Shown here one piece after another: positions 50,894 through 63,377 of a stretch of DNA of 64,000 nt; position 1 is the stretch's first letter; the number at the start of each line of letters is the position of its first letter. The position numbers and the translations under genes were made by a program. The notes beneath the pieces are model-generated. The model was given only the letters and a program-made list of their open reading frames with translations. It was not told the origin of the DNA and searched no databases. Origin of the DNA: Chiloscyllium plagiosum (lineage: Eukaryota); NCBI RefSeq assembly GCF_004010195.1, contig NC_057719.1:14382364-14446363 (forward strand), read 5' to 3'.

Positions 50894-51374
50894 CAAACAG
50901 CAATCACACAGGGCATGGAACTGTGGCACCACCCCATGTACCACTCGATCACGGGCATCTGACACTTGTCAACGTCTCATGACTGTTGTGGCGCCTTTCC
51001 GATCCAATCACAGGTAGCTAAGGAAGCACATGCTTGCATTGCAAGGTGCACTAGCAAATAGCATTGAAAAGCTACAAAAAGAGATAGTGTGCGCACAGAG
51101 GCAAGCACGCAGGTCACAGATCAGACCAGGCTACATCTCAGTGCTCTCTTAGTGCTCACTCATTTCAGACTGGTCTGCAGGCTCTTAGCATCCATGTCTT
51201 TCCTTGCCATACTCTGCTAGTTAGCGTGTGGACACTCCAGCCAGCAGTATAAGACTCTCCATCCGACTGTACTGACATGCTAGCTTGCTCAGATCTGCAG
51301 AAGGTTGCTTGTCATTTGTGACCTGTCTTGTTGGGGTGGGGGTGGACTCCTTGCTTTCCAACATGCTGAGATCT

Positions 51375-51665
51375 TAGAATCCTTAGAGTGTGGAAGCAGG
51401 CCATTCAGCCCACATCAACCCTCTGAAAAGCATCCCACCCAGACCAAAGCCCATATCCTATCCCTGTAACCCTGCACTTACCATTGCCAATCCACCTAAC
51501 CTGCAAATCTTTCAACAGTGGGAGGAAACTGGAGCATCCAGAGAAAATCCACACAGACAAGAGGAGAATATGCAAAGCTCCACGCAGACAGTCATCTGAG
51601 GATGGAACCGAACTGGGGTTCCTGGCGTTGTGAGACAACGGTGCTAACCACTGAACCACCATTCC
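51375..51665 (-). mobile_element. HE1-type V-SINE
   Basis: Reverse complement matches the HE1-type copies. Confidence 0.88.
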
Positions 51666-51911
51666 TCCCCCTTGTCAATCTAACACTGACATCATGTATC
51701 AGATAGCTGTGTAGCAAGCACATTACATGTTCATTCACCCAAATGGCAAAGGTTGCAAATAGTCTGCTTCAGCTCCACACAGTTATGAGGGAGGGGGACT
51801 TGAATCAATGGGTAAGGTGTGGATTTGTGGCAGAGACCAAAAAAACAAGTTTGATTTTCTCAATATTTGGACTGCCACAGACTAAGGACAGCAGAGCCTG
51901 AGTGAGGGTAG

Positions 51912-52214
51912 ATTAGATTAGATTACTTACAGTGTGGAAACAGGTCCTTCGGCCCAACAAGTCCACACCGCCCCGCCGAAGCGCAACTCACCAATACCCT
52001 TACATTTACCCCTTACCTAACACTACAGGCAATTTAGCATGGCCAATTCACCTGACCTGGACTGTGGGAGGAAACCGGAGCACCCGGAGGAAACCCAAGC
52101 AGACACGGTGAGAATGTGCAAACGCCACACAGTCAGTCGCCTGAGGCGGGAATTGAACCCAGGTCTCTGGTGCTGTGAGGCAGCAGTGCTAACCACTGTG
52201 CCACCGTGCCGCCC
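51912..52214 (-). mobile_element. HE1-type V-SINE (young)
   Basis: Close to the reverse complement of 28862-29160; (attag)n tail. Confidence 0.95.
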
Positions 52215-53084
52215 AGCTCTAGTTCTGTATCTCCTAGATATTTCTGCTATCCACTTTTAGAGGTCACTACGTGAAAGGGGTCTGTGGTCTAAACAGGTTA
52301 CAGATGCACTTGTATCACCTTTTTGTTGTAGCAGTGACATGATTCTATAGCTGGGTCTGCTCACTGATGCAATGATGCTGTCACTTTAAAAAGGTTATTT
52401 TATCCTGGGATTTTTTTTGAAGAGAGGTTGTAAAGGCAGAGGTGCCAAAGTATCTATTGGAGATGGCCTAAGTCAATAACTTAAGAGGCCTTTTGTTTTT
52501 GTTTTTGTTTTAAAAACAGTTGTCACGATGGAAGGGGAGTGGCCAGTTCTCCAAGATCAGGCTCTCTTGCTTTTTTAGCTGTAGCAATCAAAGCTGTTTG
52601 AGTCCCAGAAGGATTGCAAGCTTCAGAAGATGATTCCTAACTGTGACTTTCTCCAAAATCTTTCTTGATGTTGTTCCCTCTAGGATAGGAGACCTGCCTA
52701 TAAGAATCTTGTCTAAATTTTCTGTTTTGCAAAGGGGTGTGTTTACGGGATGCTGCTGTATTGGAACGGTTAATTAGTAATTGGTACTGTATCTATTCTT
52801 CAGTTAAGTTTTCCAATAGTTAAGTTATCCTAAATTCCTCATTCTTTTGTTTGTATTTTAGCTGTAGTTTTTAAATAAATTATATTTTGCTTAATGTCGA
52901 GTGGTTTGACCAGTTGCATCACATCTGGAACACCCACTTCACATCTACCTTTAAAATAAGTAAAGGGTAAGGTCAAGACTACCTTCTTAAAATATTTTGA
53001 AGGGGTTTGATGTCCTGCATAAAAAAATTAAGCTAGGGTTGTTGGACTCAAAGGTAGTGAGTGATAGGTGTTAGTGTATTTTGT

Positions 53085-54215
53085 GGAAAAAGTGAGGACT
53101 GCAGATGCTGGAGATCAGAGCTGAAAATGTGTTGCTGGAAAAGCGCAGCAGGTCAGGCAGCATCCAAGGANNNNNNNNNNNNNNNNNNNNNNNNNNNNNN
53201 NNNNNNNNNNNNNNNNNNNNNNNNNNNNNNNNNNNNNNNNNNNNNNNNNNNNNNNNNNNNNNNNNNNNNNNNNNNNNNNNNNNNNNNNNNNNNNNNNNNN
53301 NNNNNNNNNNNNNNNNNNNNNNNNNNNNNNNNNNNNNNNNNNNNNNNNNNNNNNNNNNNNNNNNNNNNNNNNNNNNNNNNNNNNNNNNNNNNNNNNNNNN
53401 NNNNNNNNNNNNNNNNNNNNNNNNNNNNNNNNNNNNNNNNNNNNNNNNNNNNNNNNNNNNNNNNNNNNNNNNNNNNNNNNNNNNNNNNNNNNNNNNNNNN
53501 NNNNNNNNNNNNNNNNNNNNNNNNNNNNNNNNNNNNNNNNNNNNNNNNNNNNNNNNNNNNNNNNNNNNNNNNNNNNNNNNNNNNNNNNNNNNNNNNNNNN
53601 NNNNNNNNNNNNNNNNNNNNNNNNNNNNNNNNNNNNNNNNNNNNNNNNNNNNNNNNNNNNNNNNNNNNNNNNNNNNNNNNNNNNNNNNNNNNNNNNNNNN
53701 NNNNNNNNNNNNNNNNNNNNNNNNNNNNNNNNNNNNNNNNNNNNNNNNNNNNNNNNNNNNNNNNNNNNNNNNNNNNNNNNNNNNNNGGACCAGTGGGGTT
53801 CTGTCCTGGTGGCGATTGGAGGGGTGGGGCTCAAGGGCGGAGGAGCGGGAAGTGGAGGAGATGGGGTGGAGAGCATCGTCGATCACGTCTGGGGGGAAAT
53901 TGCGGTCTTTGAAGAAGGAGGCCATCGAGGTTGTACAGTATTGGAACTGGTCCTTCTGGGAGCAGATGTGGAGGAGATGAAGGAATTGGGAATATGGGAT
54001 GGTGGTTTTACAGGGGGCAGGGTGGGAGGTGGTGTAGTCTAGGTAGCTGTGGGAGTCGGTCGGTTTATAGTAAATGTCCACGTTGATTCGGTCGCCCAAG
54101 ATAGAAATGGAGAGGTCTAGGAAGGGGATGGAGGCGTCTGAGATGGTCCAGGTAAATTTGTGGTCGGGGTGGAAGATGTTGGTAAAGTGGATGAACTGTT
54201 CAACCTCCTCGTGGA
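53085..54215 (-). mobile_element. Young Penelope-like element, family A (RT thumb plus terminus), spanning the assembly gap
   Basis: DIYYKPTDSHSYLDYTTSHPAPCKTTIPYSQFL..FFKDRNFP; family A terminus at 53085-53170. Confidence 0.92.
53171..53786. other. Assembly gap
   Basis: Run of N. Confidence 1.
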
Positions 54216-54299
54216 AGAAAAATCAAAAAGTAAAGATAAGGAGATTGAAATACAATTAAGAGAGACTATGTTTGATCAAATAGTTGAGACAAAACAAGT

Positions 54300-54627
54300 C
54301 AACACTGCTGCCTTACAGCGCCTGGGTCCTGGATTCCATTCCAGTCTCGGGCAACTGTCTGTGTGGAGTTTGCATATTCTCTCAATGTCTATGTGGGTTT
54401 CCTTCGGCTGCTCAGGTTTCTTCTCACAATCCAAAAATGTGCAGATTAGGTGAATTGGCCATGCTAAATTGCCCATAGTGTTCAGGGATGTGTAGGCTAG
54501 GTGCATTAGGCAGAGATAATTATCGGATAATAGGTTGGAAAATGGATCTGGGTGGGTTAGTCTTCAGAGGGTCGGTGTGGACCTGCTGGACCGGAGGGTC
54601 TGTTTCCTCACTGTAGGGATTCTATGA
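54300..54627 (+). mobile_element. HE1-type V-SINE nested in the Gypsy element
   Basis: V-domain and tail. Confidence 0.88.
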
Positions 54628-56325
54628 AGAACAGATGGAAGACAAAGTGGATTTTTTTGATCAGAGAAATTAAGTGAATTACAACAGATGCTGGGTTTCT
54701 CATATCAAGGTAAGGTGGCATTGGAAAATCCATCCTTCAGTTGGAACAGATATCCCTGATGGATTTACAGGACACAATAATAGAAAGACAATTGGAACTG
54801 ACAAATAAATTAGAGTTATTTGCCAGAACCAAAACGAAAGAAGTGGTTGAAATATTTGCAAAACATTGGATGAAAATCAGTGACGGGTCAGACGCACATT
54901 CGTTTCAGTTAGCACAGATTCAATTGGAATTAAAGTATTTGTGTATGAAAAAGAAAAATAATTTAAAGCACTTGAGCTTGAAAAGAAGGGAGAAAGAGAG
55001 CATCAGCCAAAGAAGAAAGATAAAGAAAGAGCATTTAAGAGGCTGGAACGAGAAAACTCGGCATAATAATACAGGAAGTAGTAGAGACAGGGAACACTGG
55101 TTAAAATGATGCAGTTAAAAAGAAAGAGATGTCAGATACTGTGGAAATCTCGGATGGGGAATACCCTCGTCATAATCTAAAGTCCAGCAGGAAAATGCTG
55201 AAGTTTGCACAGGCTCTAACAAAATTTAAGTTTAGGGACACTTTGTCACCTGAGAAAAATAGCAAAACAAATGAAATAGCTGAAGAAAACTGGACTTGAC
55301 TAATCAAATCAAGTTGACAGGAAATTTGTCTAACACTGTCAGAGCAGGATTCTAGGGGTTATGACACTGTATTTTTTTTCTTCATCAAGGAATATAGGTG
55401 TCATTAACTGGAATTAGTGTCCATTCCCTGTTGCCTTTGAGAAGATAATGGTGAGGCAGTCCTTGTGCTGTCGGGACACCCACAATAATGGGAGGGAGGG
55501 AGCTCCTTGACTTTGACCCAGTGACAGTGAAGACATGGCAACACATGTGTTCAAGTTAGTTCCTGCAAGATACAGCAAAGGTTGTGAAATTGGAGGTAAT
55601 AGCCTGAGCGAACTTGAAAGAACAAAGCAAAATAATTTTGAAATGGAAATTAAGAATAAATAACATTTTGGAAAGTTCTCAGTAAAATTACTTTCTTGGA
55701 ATAATTTAAAGACTCACTACAATGTTGTAACAAGAATCCATGTTGAAAGCCAGTTGCTGGACAGGTAGCAGGAATGGGTGATGATTATGACCTGAATCAC
55801 AAAACTATACTCTTTTTCCATCGCCCCCAGGGATTTGAAAGGATGGGAGGTAGTGAGTGTTAGGAAAGGAAACCTTTCGTGGGGAAATCCCCACGATACT
55901 CTCCTCAGACTGGAAACAAATTTGCTGAGGTTGGAGGTGAAAATCAAAGCTCGAGGTGATTCCACTCTAATGAAGTGGGATTATTCATTCAGACTGTTGG
56001 TGATTGTGAGGGAAGTCTATTCATTAGAAAAGAGGTAAGTACCACTGATCATATTGTAACTTTAACTCCCTCAGGAGACCAGAGGTAAACTTTGCTGTAT
56101 GAGGTAGATAAGAGCTATAAAGACTTTTTGACAAAAGGAAAGATAACCCTTTATTCTTCATTTGATACAACCTAACCAATATCCTTATCAAGAAACAGAA
56201 GCTACTCAAAGTTGTTTGATACAGAAGGTCATAACTTTCCTTCCAGTGAGTGCAACGAAAAACAATAAATGGGATAACTCCAGCATATATCCAGGTTCTT
56301 AAATAAAGTGCAATAGGAGTGTGAC

Positions 56326-56848
56326 TTATAGAGTCATAGAGATGTACAGCATGGAAACAGATCCGTCGCTCCAACTTGTCCATGCCGCCCAGATATCCCA
56401 ACCTAATCTAGTCCCACCTGCCAGCACCCTGCCCATATCCCTCCAAACCCTTCCTATTCATTACATTACATTACAGTGTGGAAACAGGCCCTTCGGAAAC
56501 AGGCCCTTCATATACCCATCCAGATGCCTTTTAAATGTTGCAATTGTATTAGCCTCCACCACTTCCTCTGGCAGCTCATTCCACACACACACCACCCTCT
56601 GCGTGAAACAGTTGCCCCTTAGATCTCTTTTATATCTTTCCCCTCTCATCCTAAAGCTATGCTCTCTAGTTCTGGATTCCCAGACACCAGGGAAAAGACC
56701 TTGTCTATTTATCCTATCCATGCCCCTCATGATTTTATAAACCTCTATAAGGTCACCCCTCAGCCTCCGACGCTCCAGGGAAAACAGCTCCAGCCTGTTC
56801 AGCGTCTCCCTGTAGCTCAGATCCTCCAATCCTGGCAACATCCTTGTA
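56326..56848 (-). mobile_element. Young CR1 3' fragment nested in the Gypsy element
   Basis: MLPGLEDLSYRETLNRLELFSLERRRLRGDLIEVYKIMRG. Confidence 0.95.
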
Positions 56849-58501
56849 TTTGTTGTTGGGAGCAGTAGGAGTAGGAATTGTTACAAAGTTACAATTGTTA
56901 CAAATTATGGAAGGACTTGACTTACTTTTGGGTAATGATTCAGTGGGTGTAAATGTTGTACTTTCACAGAAAGTCTGAATGAAACACTTACTTTTCCATC
57001 ATGTGTGACAATCAGACCAATGGCTAAGCAAAGTCCATCACCAAGGAACACCACAAACAGCTGTTAGTGTAGACAGAATTTTCTTTCCCAATGGGGATGA
57101 ATCAAAAGAATTGTTCAATGTGCATTTGTTAATTGAAGTTCAGAAAACAGATCCAGAATTAAGAAAGATAATATGAGCAGGTTACAATGAAGCTGAGGCT
57201 GAAAGAGTTCCAGGGTGTTACTGTTTTCAGAGCAAAGCTCTGATGAGAGAGTGGAGATATCCTCACAGACTTGTGGACAAGGAGTAGACAATAGCTCACC
57301 AGACACTGGTATGTCTGTATTAAAATAAGCAGATATTGAGAGCAATACATGGAATTTTTAAGACAGGACATGCAAGAATACAAAAAAACTCAAGTGCCAA
57401 GATTTCGCAAGGACATAGTGCGATTTTGTAAACCATGCCATATATGTCAGGTCTGGGAAAACCTGAATGCATGATCAAACCATTACCTTTAAGACCCATG
57501 CCATTTTTTGAAGCGGATTATTCAGTCAGTCAGTAGATTGTGTCAGACCGTTACTGAAAACAAAAGCTGGATAGCAGTGTACCCTCACCATTATGATAGT
57601 GACAACCTGATTTCCAGAAGCAATTCTTTTGAGGACAAATATAAATATAATGGAAAAATTATCTCAATATTTTTACACATTATGGACAACCAATTGAAAT
57701 ATAATCAGATCAAAGTTCTAAGTTTATATCTAAACTTTTCCATGACATAAGCAATTTGAGTTTAGACAAGTTGATGTCTAGTGCATATAATCTGCAAACA
57801 GATGGTGTTTGAGAGATACCAATAGACTCTCAAAACAATTATTAAAATCTATTATTACAAATACACATAAGATTGAAACAGTGGATTAGATTCTTATCAT
57901 CTGTGACTTGAGATTCCCCCAAGGAATCTGTTGGGTTTAGTCAATTTGAATTAATCTATGGGCATGAGTTAAAATTGAAAATTGATTGAAATTTGCCCAT
58001 TGAAATTGACTAAGGAGAAGCTTTCAAGACAAGTGTTGGATTTTTAATACAGCATTAAGAATTCATGTTCTTTTAAGAAACTTTCACTGGCACTTAATTA
58101 CTTCAGAACCAAAAATAAAAGAATATGTGACAAAAATGCAACATTTAGAGAAGAAAATGAAGTGTTAGTGATCCTACCTTTACAAGATGAACATCTGAAA
58201 TTGAGATTCAATAGTCCATACAAGGTAGTAGGCATGTTAGTAGACTATCTATTTGATAGATAATCCTGATTACAGGAAGAAGTATGAACATGTTAAAGTG
58301 ATATCAACATAGGTAGGAAGATAAGACAGAGCAAATATGTCAGTTGCTTAGAGTTCTGGAAGGAGGGTATATAGTTGTGAAAGTGGTCTCCGACATTTCC
58401 ATTCACCAATACATAAGATTAGGACAGATAGTTGCCATATTTTGTATTTGGAGGAAACTCAATGTGAGGACCCGGTAAATTATTTTAAGGAACATTTTTT
58501 G

Positions 58502-58828
58502 TAGAATCTCTACAGTGTGAAAGCCGGCCATTCAGCACAATGAGTCCACACCGACCCTCTGAAGAGCATCTCACCCAGCTACCCTATCCCTGTATTTCCC
58601 ATGGCTAATCCACCCAGCCTGCATATCCCGGGGACACTATGGGCAATTTAGCATGACCAATCCACCTGACCTGCACATCTTTGGAGTGTGGGAGGAAACC
58701 AGAGCACCCGAAGGAAACCCATGCAGACACAGGGAGAATGTACACAGAGTTACCTGAGGCTGGAATCAAACCCCATGTCCCCAACACTGAGAAGCAGCAG
58801 TGCTAACCACTGGGCCTTCATGCCACCA
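58502..58828 (-). mobile_element. HE1-type V-SINE nested in the Gypsy element
   Basis: Reverse complement matches the HE1-type copies. Confidence 0.9.
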
Positions 58829-59145
58829 TAGACAAAGCAATGAACCAAGGTGCAACATTTTAGCCAGATATGATGTAGACGTATATAGGAATCAGTACTG
58901 ATACAGCAACGTTCTCATCAGTTAAGCTCAGAAGAACAAGCTCGGGTGGAAATAGAGACTTGAGATCTTCAAAAAATAAAAACACTGGATTGAATCGAGC
59001 CAAAGCAGTTGGAGTTTACTGGTTATATTAGCTCTTAAACTAAATGGGTCAAATGGATTCTGCATAGGCTATGGATACAGTAATGAAAACAGACTTATGC
59101 CCAATACCTCAATTAGAAGATTGTATTAAAACAGTTGGCAGCTCA

Positions 59146-59990
59146 TAAGTTCATAAGATTTAGAAGCAGAATTCGCCATTCGGCCCATCGGGTCTGCTCT
59201 GCCATTCGATCATGGCTGATCTACTCCTCACCCCCATTTTCCTGCTTTCCCTCCATATCCCTCCAACCCGTTACCAATTAAAAAATCTATCTAACTCCTC
59301 CTTAAATTTACTTATTTTCCCAGCATCCACCGCAGTTTGGGATAGCAAATTTCACAGATTAACAACCCTTTGGGAGAAGTAGTTTTTCCTCAACTCTGTT
59401 TTAAATTTGCTGCCCCTTTCCCCTAAGACTAACCTCTCGTCCGAGAATGCCCCACAGGAGGAAGCATCCGCTCCATGTCTATTTTATCCACACCTGTTAT
59501 CATCTTGAATACCTCAGTTTGATCTCCCCTCATTCTTCTAGATTCCAGAGAGGATAGGCCTAAACTGTTCAATCTCTCTTCATACGACAAACCCCTCATC
59601 TCTGGGATCAATCTAGTGAACCTTCTCTGAACTGCCTACAGTGCCACTACATCATCTCTCAAATAAGGGGACCAAATATGTGCACAATACTCCAGATGCA
59701 GTCTCACCAATACATTGTATAACTGCAACAATACTTCCTTATCTATACATTCCATTCATTTAGCTTTAAAAAGCCAACATTCCTCTCACTCTCTGTATTA
59801 TTTGCCTGCATGCTAGTTTTCTGCGACTCTTGAATGAGTATACTTAGATCCCTCTGCACCGGAGCACCCCGAAGTTTCTCCCTCTTAAGATAATAGGTCG
59901 CCTTCCCATTTTATTGACCCAAATGCATGACCTCACACTTATCCACGTTAAACGCTACGTGTCACATTTTGGCCGACTCTCTTAACCTAT
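59146..59990 (-). mobile_element. CR1 3' fragment splitting the Gypsy RT
   Basis: MIPEMRGLSYEERLNSLGLSSLESRRMRGD; Gypsy RT stops at 59145 and resumes near 59990. Confidence 0.92.
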
Positions 59991-62384
59991 GTTCTTCATT
60001 ACATTGTAGGATTTATCTACTGAAGGGGTTCCAGCAGGTAGCATTACCACCAAAGCATACAAGTAAACAGTTTTTGTTACACCTATGGGCAATGTCAAGC
60101 TATTGCATTTGGGTTTAAAAATGCACCAGCAACATTCCAAAGACTAATGAATCAAGTCATAGCAGTACTGCCTAACTGTGTAATTTATTTAGGAGATGTC
60201 ATAATATGTGATAACACATTGGAATACAATGCAAAGTAATTGGATGGATTGTTTCGATAACTACAGCTAGTTGGCTTAATAATAATTCTCAAAAGTGAAT
60301 TTGCAAAAGCAAGGTTATTTCCCAAGCATGTATTGTATTGCAAGGGCAGTATTTTCCAAGAACAAAAATCAAAACTCTGATAGAATTCCCTTTCCTGAAA
60401 CGAAACAGAAAATTATGATATTTCTGAGAATGTGTGGGTTTTATCAAATATTTGTGCCTAATTTTAGCAGAATAGCTGTGCCTTTAATGGATTTGTAACA
60501 AAAACAGGTAACGGTTTTTATAGACAACAGCCTTTGAGATGCTGAAGGCAATCCTATTAAATTAATTGGTGCTGCTGCCCGGTGACTTTACTGAACCTGT
60601 TTAAGATGGAAACCATTCCTAAGACTACTCTTCATCACTGTGTCTGAAAGATCCAAGTGCAACTGAAGCAAGCCATACTTTTAAAAAGATACCTTTTCCC
60701 TGAAAAATCACCATATCACCTGACTCTCTGTAACCAGTTGGTCAGGGAAACTGGAGGCAGCCTCCTACTCCTTTTGCTTAACCCATGGTAAAGAGCTAAT
60801 TTAAAGACCTCCAAAATGGGAATTCCGGTTCATGAGCCAAATACCTTCCAACTATTGCTTCAGAGTCTATGGCATCAAGATTCCACACCCAGAATCCTAA
60901 AATGAATTCCAATTTTAACACTTCAAGAAAGTGTGGATGCTATAATAGATAAATATTGTGAGATTTTCTTTCCATACTCTCCAACAGATGATGGAAAAGA
61001 AATTTTGATGTTCTGATTGCAGATGAACCTAGTTAGGAGTCCCATGACTGTATCTCTTTCAAATGGTTAAAAATTAAACCTTTGCTCAAGATTTGGTTTG
61101 AATCCAGCCATCCATCTTTTAATCAGGTATTAAACTGTGGTCTCACCTTGTTTCTTAGATGGATGTGAGAGGTGCCATCGTATTATAAAAACAATGGAAT
61201 TTTGTCTACTTTCTGGTCAATATTTATTCTTCAATCCATGACTCAAAAAAACTTATTTGATAAACGATCATCATTAACTTTCTCCTTACTGATGCTGCCT
61301 GACTTTAGCATTTGCTGCAAAATGCTTCCAGCCTTTAGTGTTTTTATTGAATGCAGATTATCTGATAATTACAACATTGTTAATGATGGGAACTTAATGA
61401 GCACAAATTGGCTGTTTCACTTCCCACATTAATATCTATACTTCAAGAGTATTCACTGCCTGCAAATTGCTTTGAGACATTTTGAGATCCTGAAAGATGC
61501 TATACAAATACCAAAAAGCTTGTGTTTCGTTCCAAAAACCAAAAATCCAAAATGTTTAAATATGTTGTGAGTTGCTACACTTCTGCCTTCCAGCGTTTTC
61601 TGATTACTGTGGACAGTATTGTTAAGCACTGCAGAATCCGACACTGTGCATTTAATTGTTCTTTATTTCAATGAAAACAATGAGAATTTGTCAACTTAAA
61701 TTCAGTTTTGGACAAGTTGCAAAAATGTTTCTGCAGTCCTCAAGGCTCAAAACTCAACAAATGTTTCTTGAATGATGCACAACAGAACAGAATAGATGCT
61801 TGTAACATGTCATGATCATCCACAAGGGATGCTGTTGCTATCTAAACACACATAAACATATTCTTATATCCTGACAACTACTATTTGTTAACATCTCATG
61901 AATGTATGTTATAAACACTAGCATCTACAAGATGAATACATCTCACTAAAATTTAACACTGGATTACTATATAAGTGACTTGTTTTTACTTGTGCATTTG
62001 GATTAAACAGTAAGCACGCCTAAATGGGGAAAGAAAAGTGAAAAATGGGACTGTACCTTTTCTCCACTTGTTGCTGATTAGCATTTAAATCCCAAAACGA
62101 TTTGAAGCAGATCAGTGGATGCTTACCTTGCATTAAAAATCTCAGTGAAGGGATTATTTGTGAGAAATCACCAGTCATGGGATATTACAAAGGACTTTCC
62201 CTTCTGAGGTAATGAGAATAACGATGAATGTGATGATTTAAATGAGTGAGAGTTCACTGATCAGAAATTCACCATCAAGTTAAACAGCACAATTATGTTG
62301 TCCCTCCCAAAATAGCGACACAAATTTTCACCATCATGGCAAGTAGTTTACTTTTCTATGTATTTACATTTCATTGATTATATT

Positions 62385-63057
62385 TTTGAAAATTCATTTC
62401 TGGGATGTGGGTGTTGCTGACGTGGCCAGCATTTATTTCCCATCCCTAGTTGCCCTTGAGAAGGTGGGGGTGAGCTGCCTTCTTGAACCCCTGCAATCCA
62501 CCTGACCTGGGTCCACAATGCCATTAGGGAGGGAATTCCAGGATTTTGGCCCAGCGACAGTGAAGGAACTCGGATATGTTTCCAACTCAGGATGGTGAAT
62601 GACTTTGAGGGGAGCTTGAAGGTGGTGGTGTTCCCATGTATCTGCTGCCCTTGTCCTTCTAGATGGAAGTGATTGTGGGTTTGGAAGGTGCTGTCTGAGA
62701 ATTTCTGGTGAATTTCTGCAGTGCATCTTGGAGATAAAACACACTGCGGGTACTGAGCGCCAGTGGTGGAGGTAGTGGATGTTTGTGGGTATAGTGCCAA
62801 TCATGTGGGTTGCTTTGTCCTGGATGGTATCAAGCTTCTTGAGTATTGTTGGAACTGTAGTCATCCATGCAAATGGGGAATATTCCATCACACACCTGAC
62901 TTGTGCCTTGTAGGTGGAGGACAGGCTTTGAGGATTCAGGAGGTCAGTTAGTTGCCGCAGTATTCCTAGCCTCTGACCTCCTCTTGTAGCCAATATATTT
63001 ATGTGGTGGGTCCAGTTGAATTCCTGGTCAATGATAACCCCCAGGACACTGATAATA
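62385..63057 (-). mobile_element. Second LINE family, 3' fragment
   Basis: GQRLGILRQL..LSSTYKAQVRCVMEYSPFAW..LKKLDTIQDKA. Confidence 0.92.
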
Positions 63058-63265
63058 TCTCACCGTATTAATTAATTTTCCCCTCAAACAAAAAACTGTT
63101 TCCAAAAATCAACAATATAAACTGAGCGGATATGTGTCACGTTGCGTATTCTGTCTTGTATCGGAGTGAGCTTATGGCTGTGCTAATCATTTTCCTTCTC
63201 TCTACTTGAAATGGAACCACTGCAACTGCATCAGGTGCCTCTACAATGTCAATGGGCACAGTAGT

Positions 63266-63377
63266 CATGATTTGGAGATGCCGGTGTTGGACTGGGGTGT
63301 GAGAAGCGGAGCTCCGAAAGCTAGTGTGCTTCCAATTAAACCTGTTGGACTATAACCTGGTGTTATGTGATTTTTAA
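63266..63377. mobile_element. Penelope-like terminus, family B, short rearranged copy
   Basis: Shares gccggtgttggactggg and ctccgaaagctagtg..cctgttggactataacctggtg with 23668-23865. Confidence 0.8.

Larger units (their letters stand above)
52365..60610 (+). mobile_element. Decayed Gypsy (Gmr1-like) LTR retrotransposon: LTR 52365-53024, gag, protease, integrase, RT
   Basis: gag EKIAKQMK..ENWT (~55250); DLLLGND (~56920); integrase DIVRFCKPCHICQ, VDCVRPL, SSAYNLQTDG, GFSQFELIYGHE (57360-57970); RT IESSQSSWS..FCIGY, FGFKNAPATFQRLMN..YLGD, FLRMCGFY..FVPNFS (58985-60500). Confidence 0.88.

Noticed and set aside
53061..54099. 253-342 aa ORFs
   Set aside because: Artefacts of reading through the N gap; only the Penelope part is real
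62127..62205. Minus-strand exon candidate with AAG|gtaagc donor
   Set aside because: Stops in all three frames
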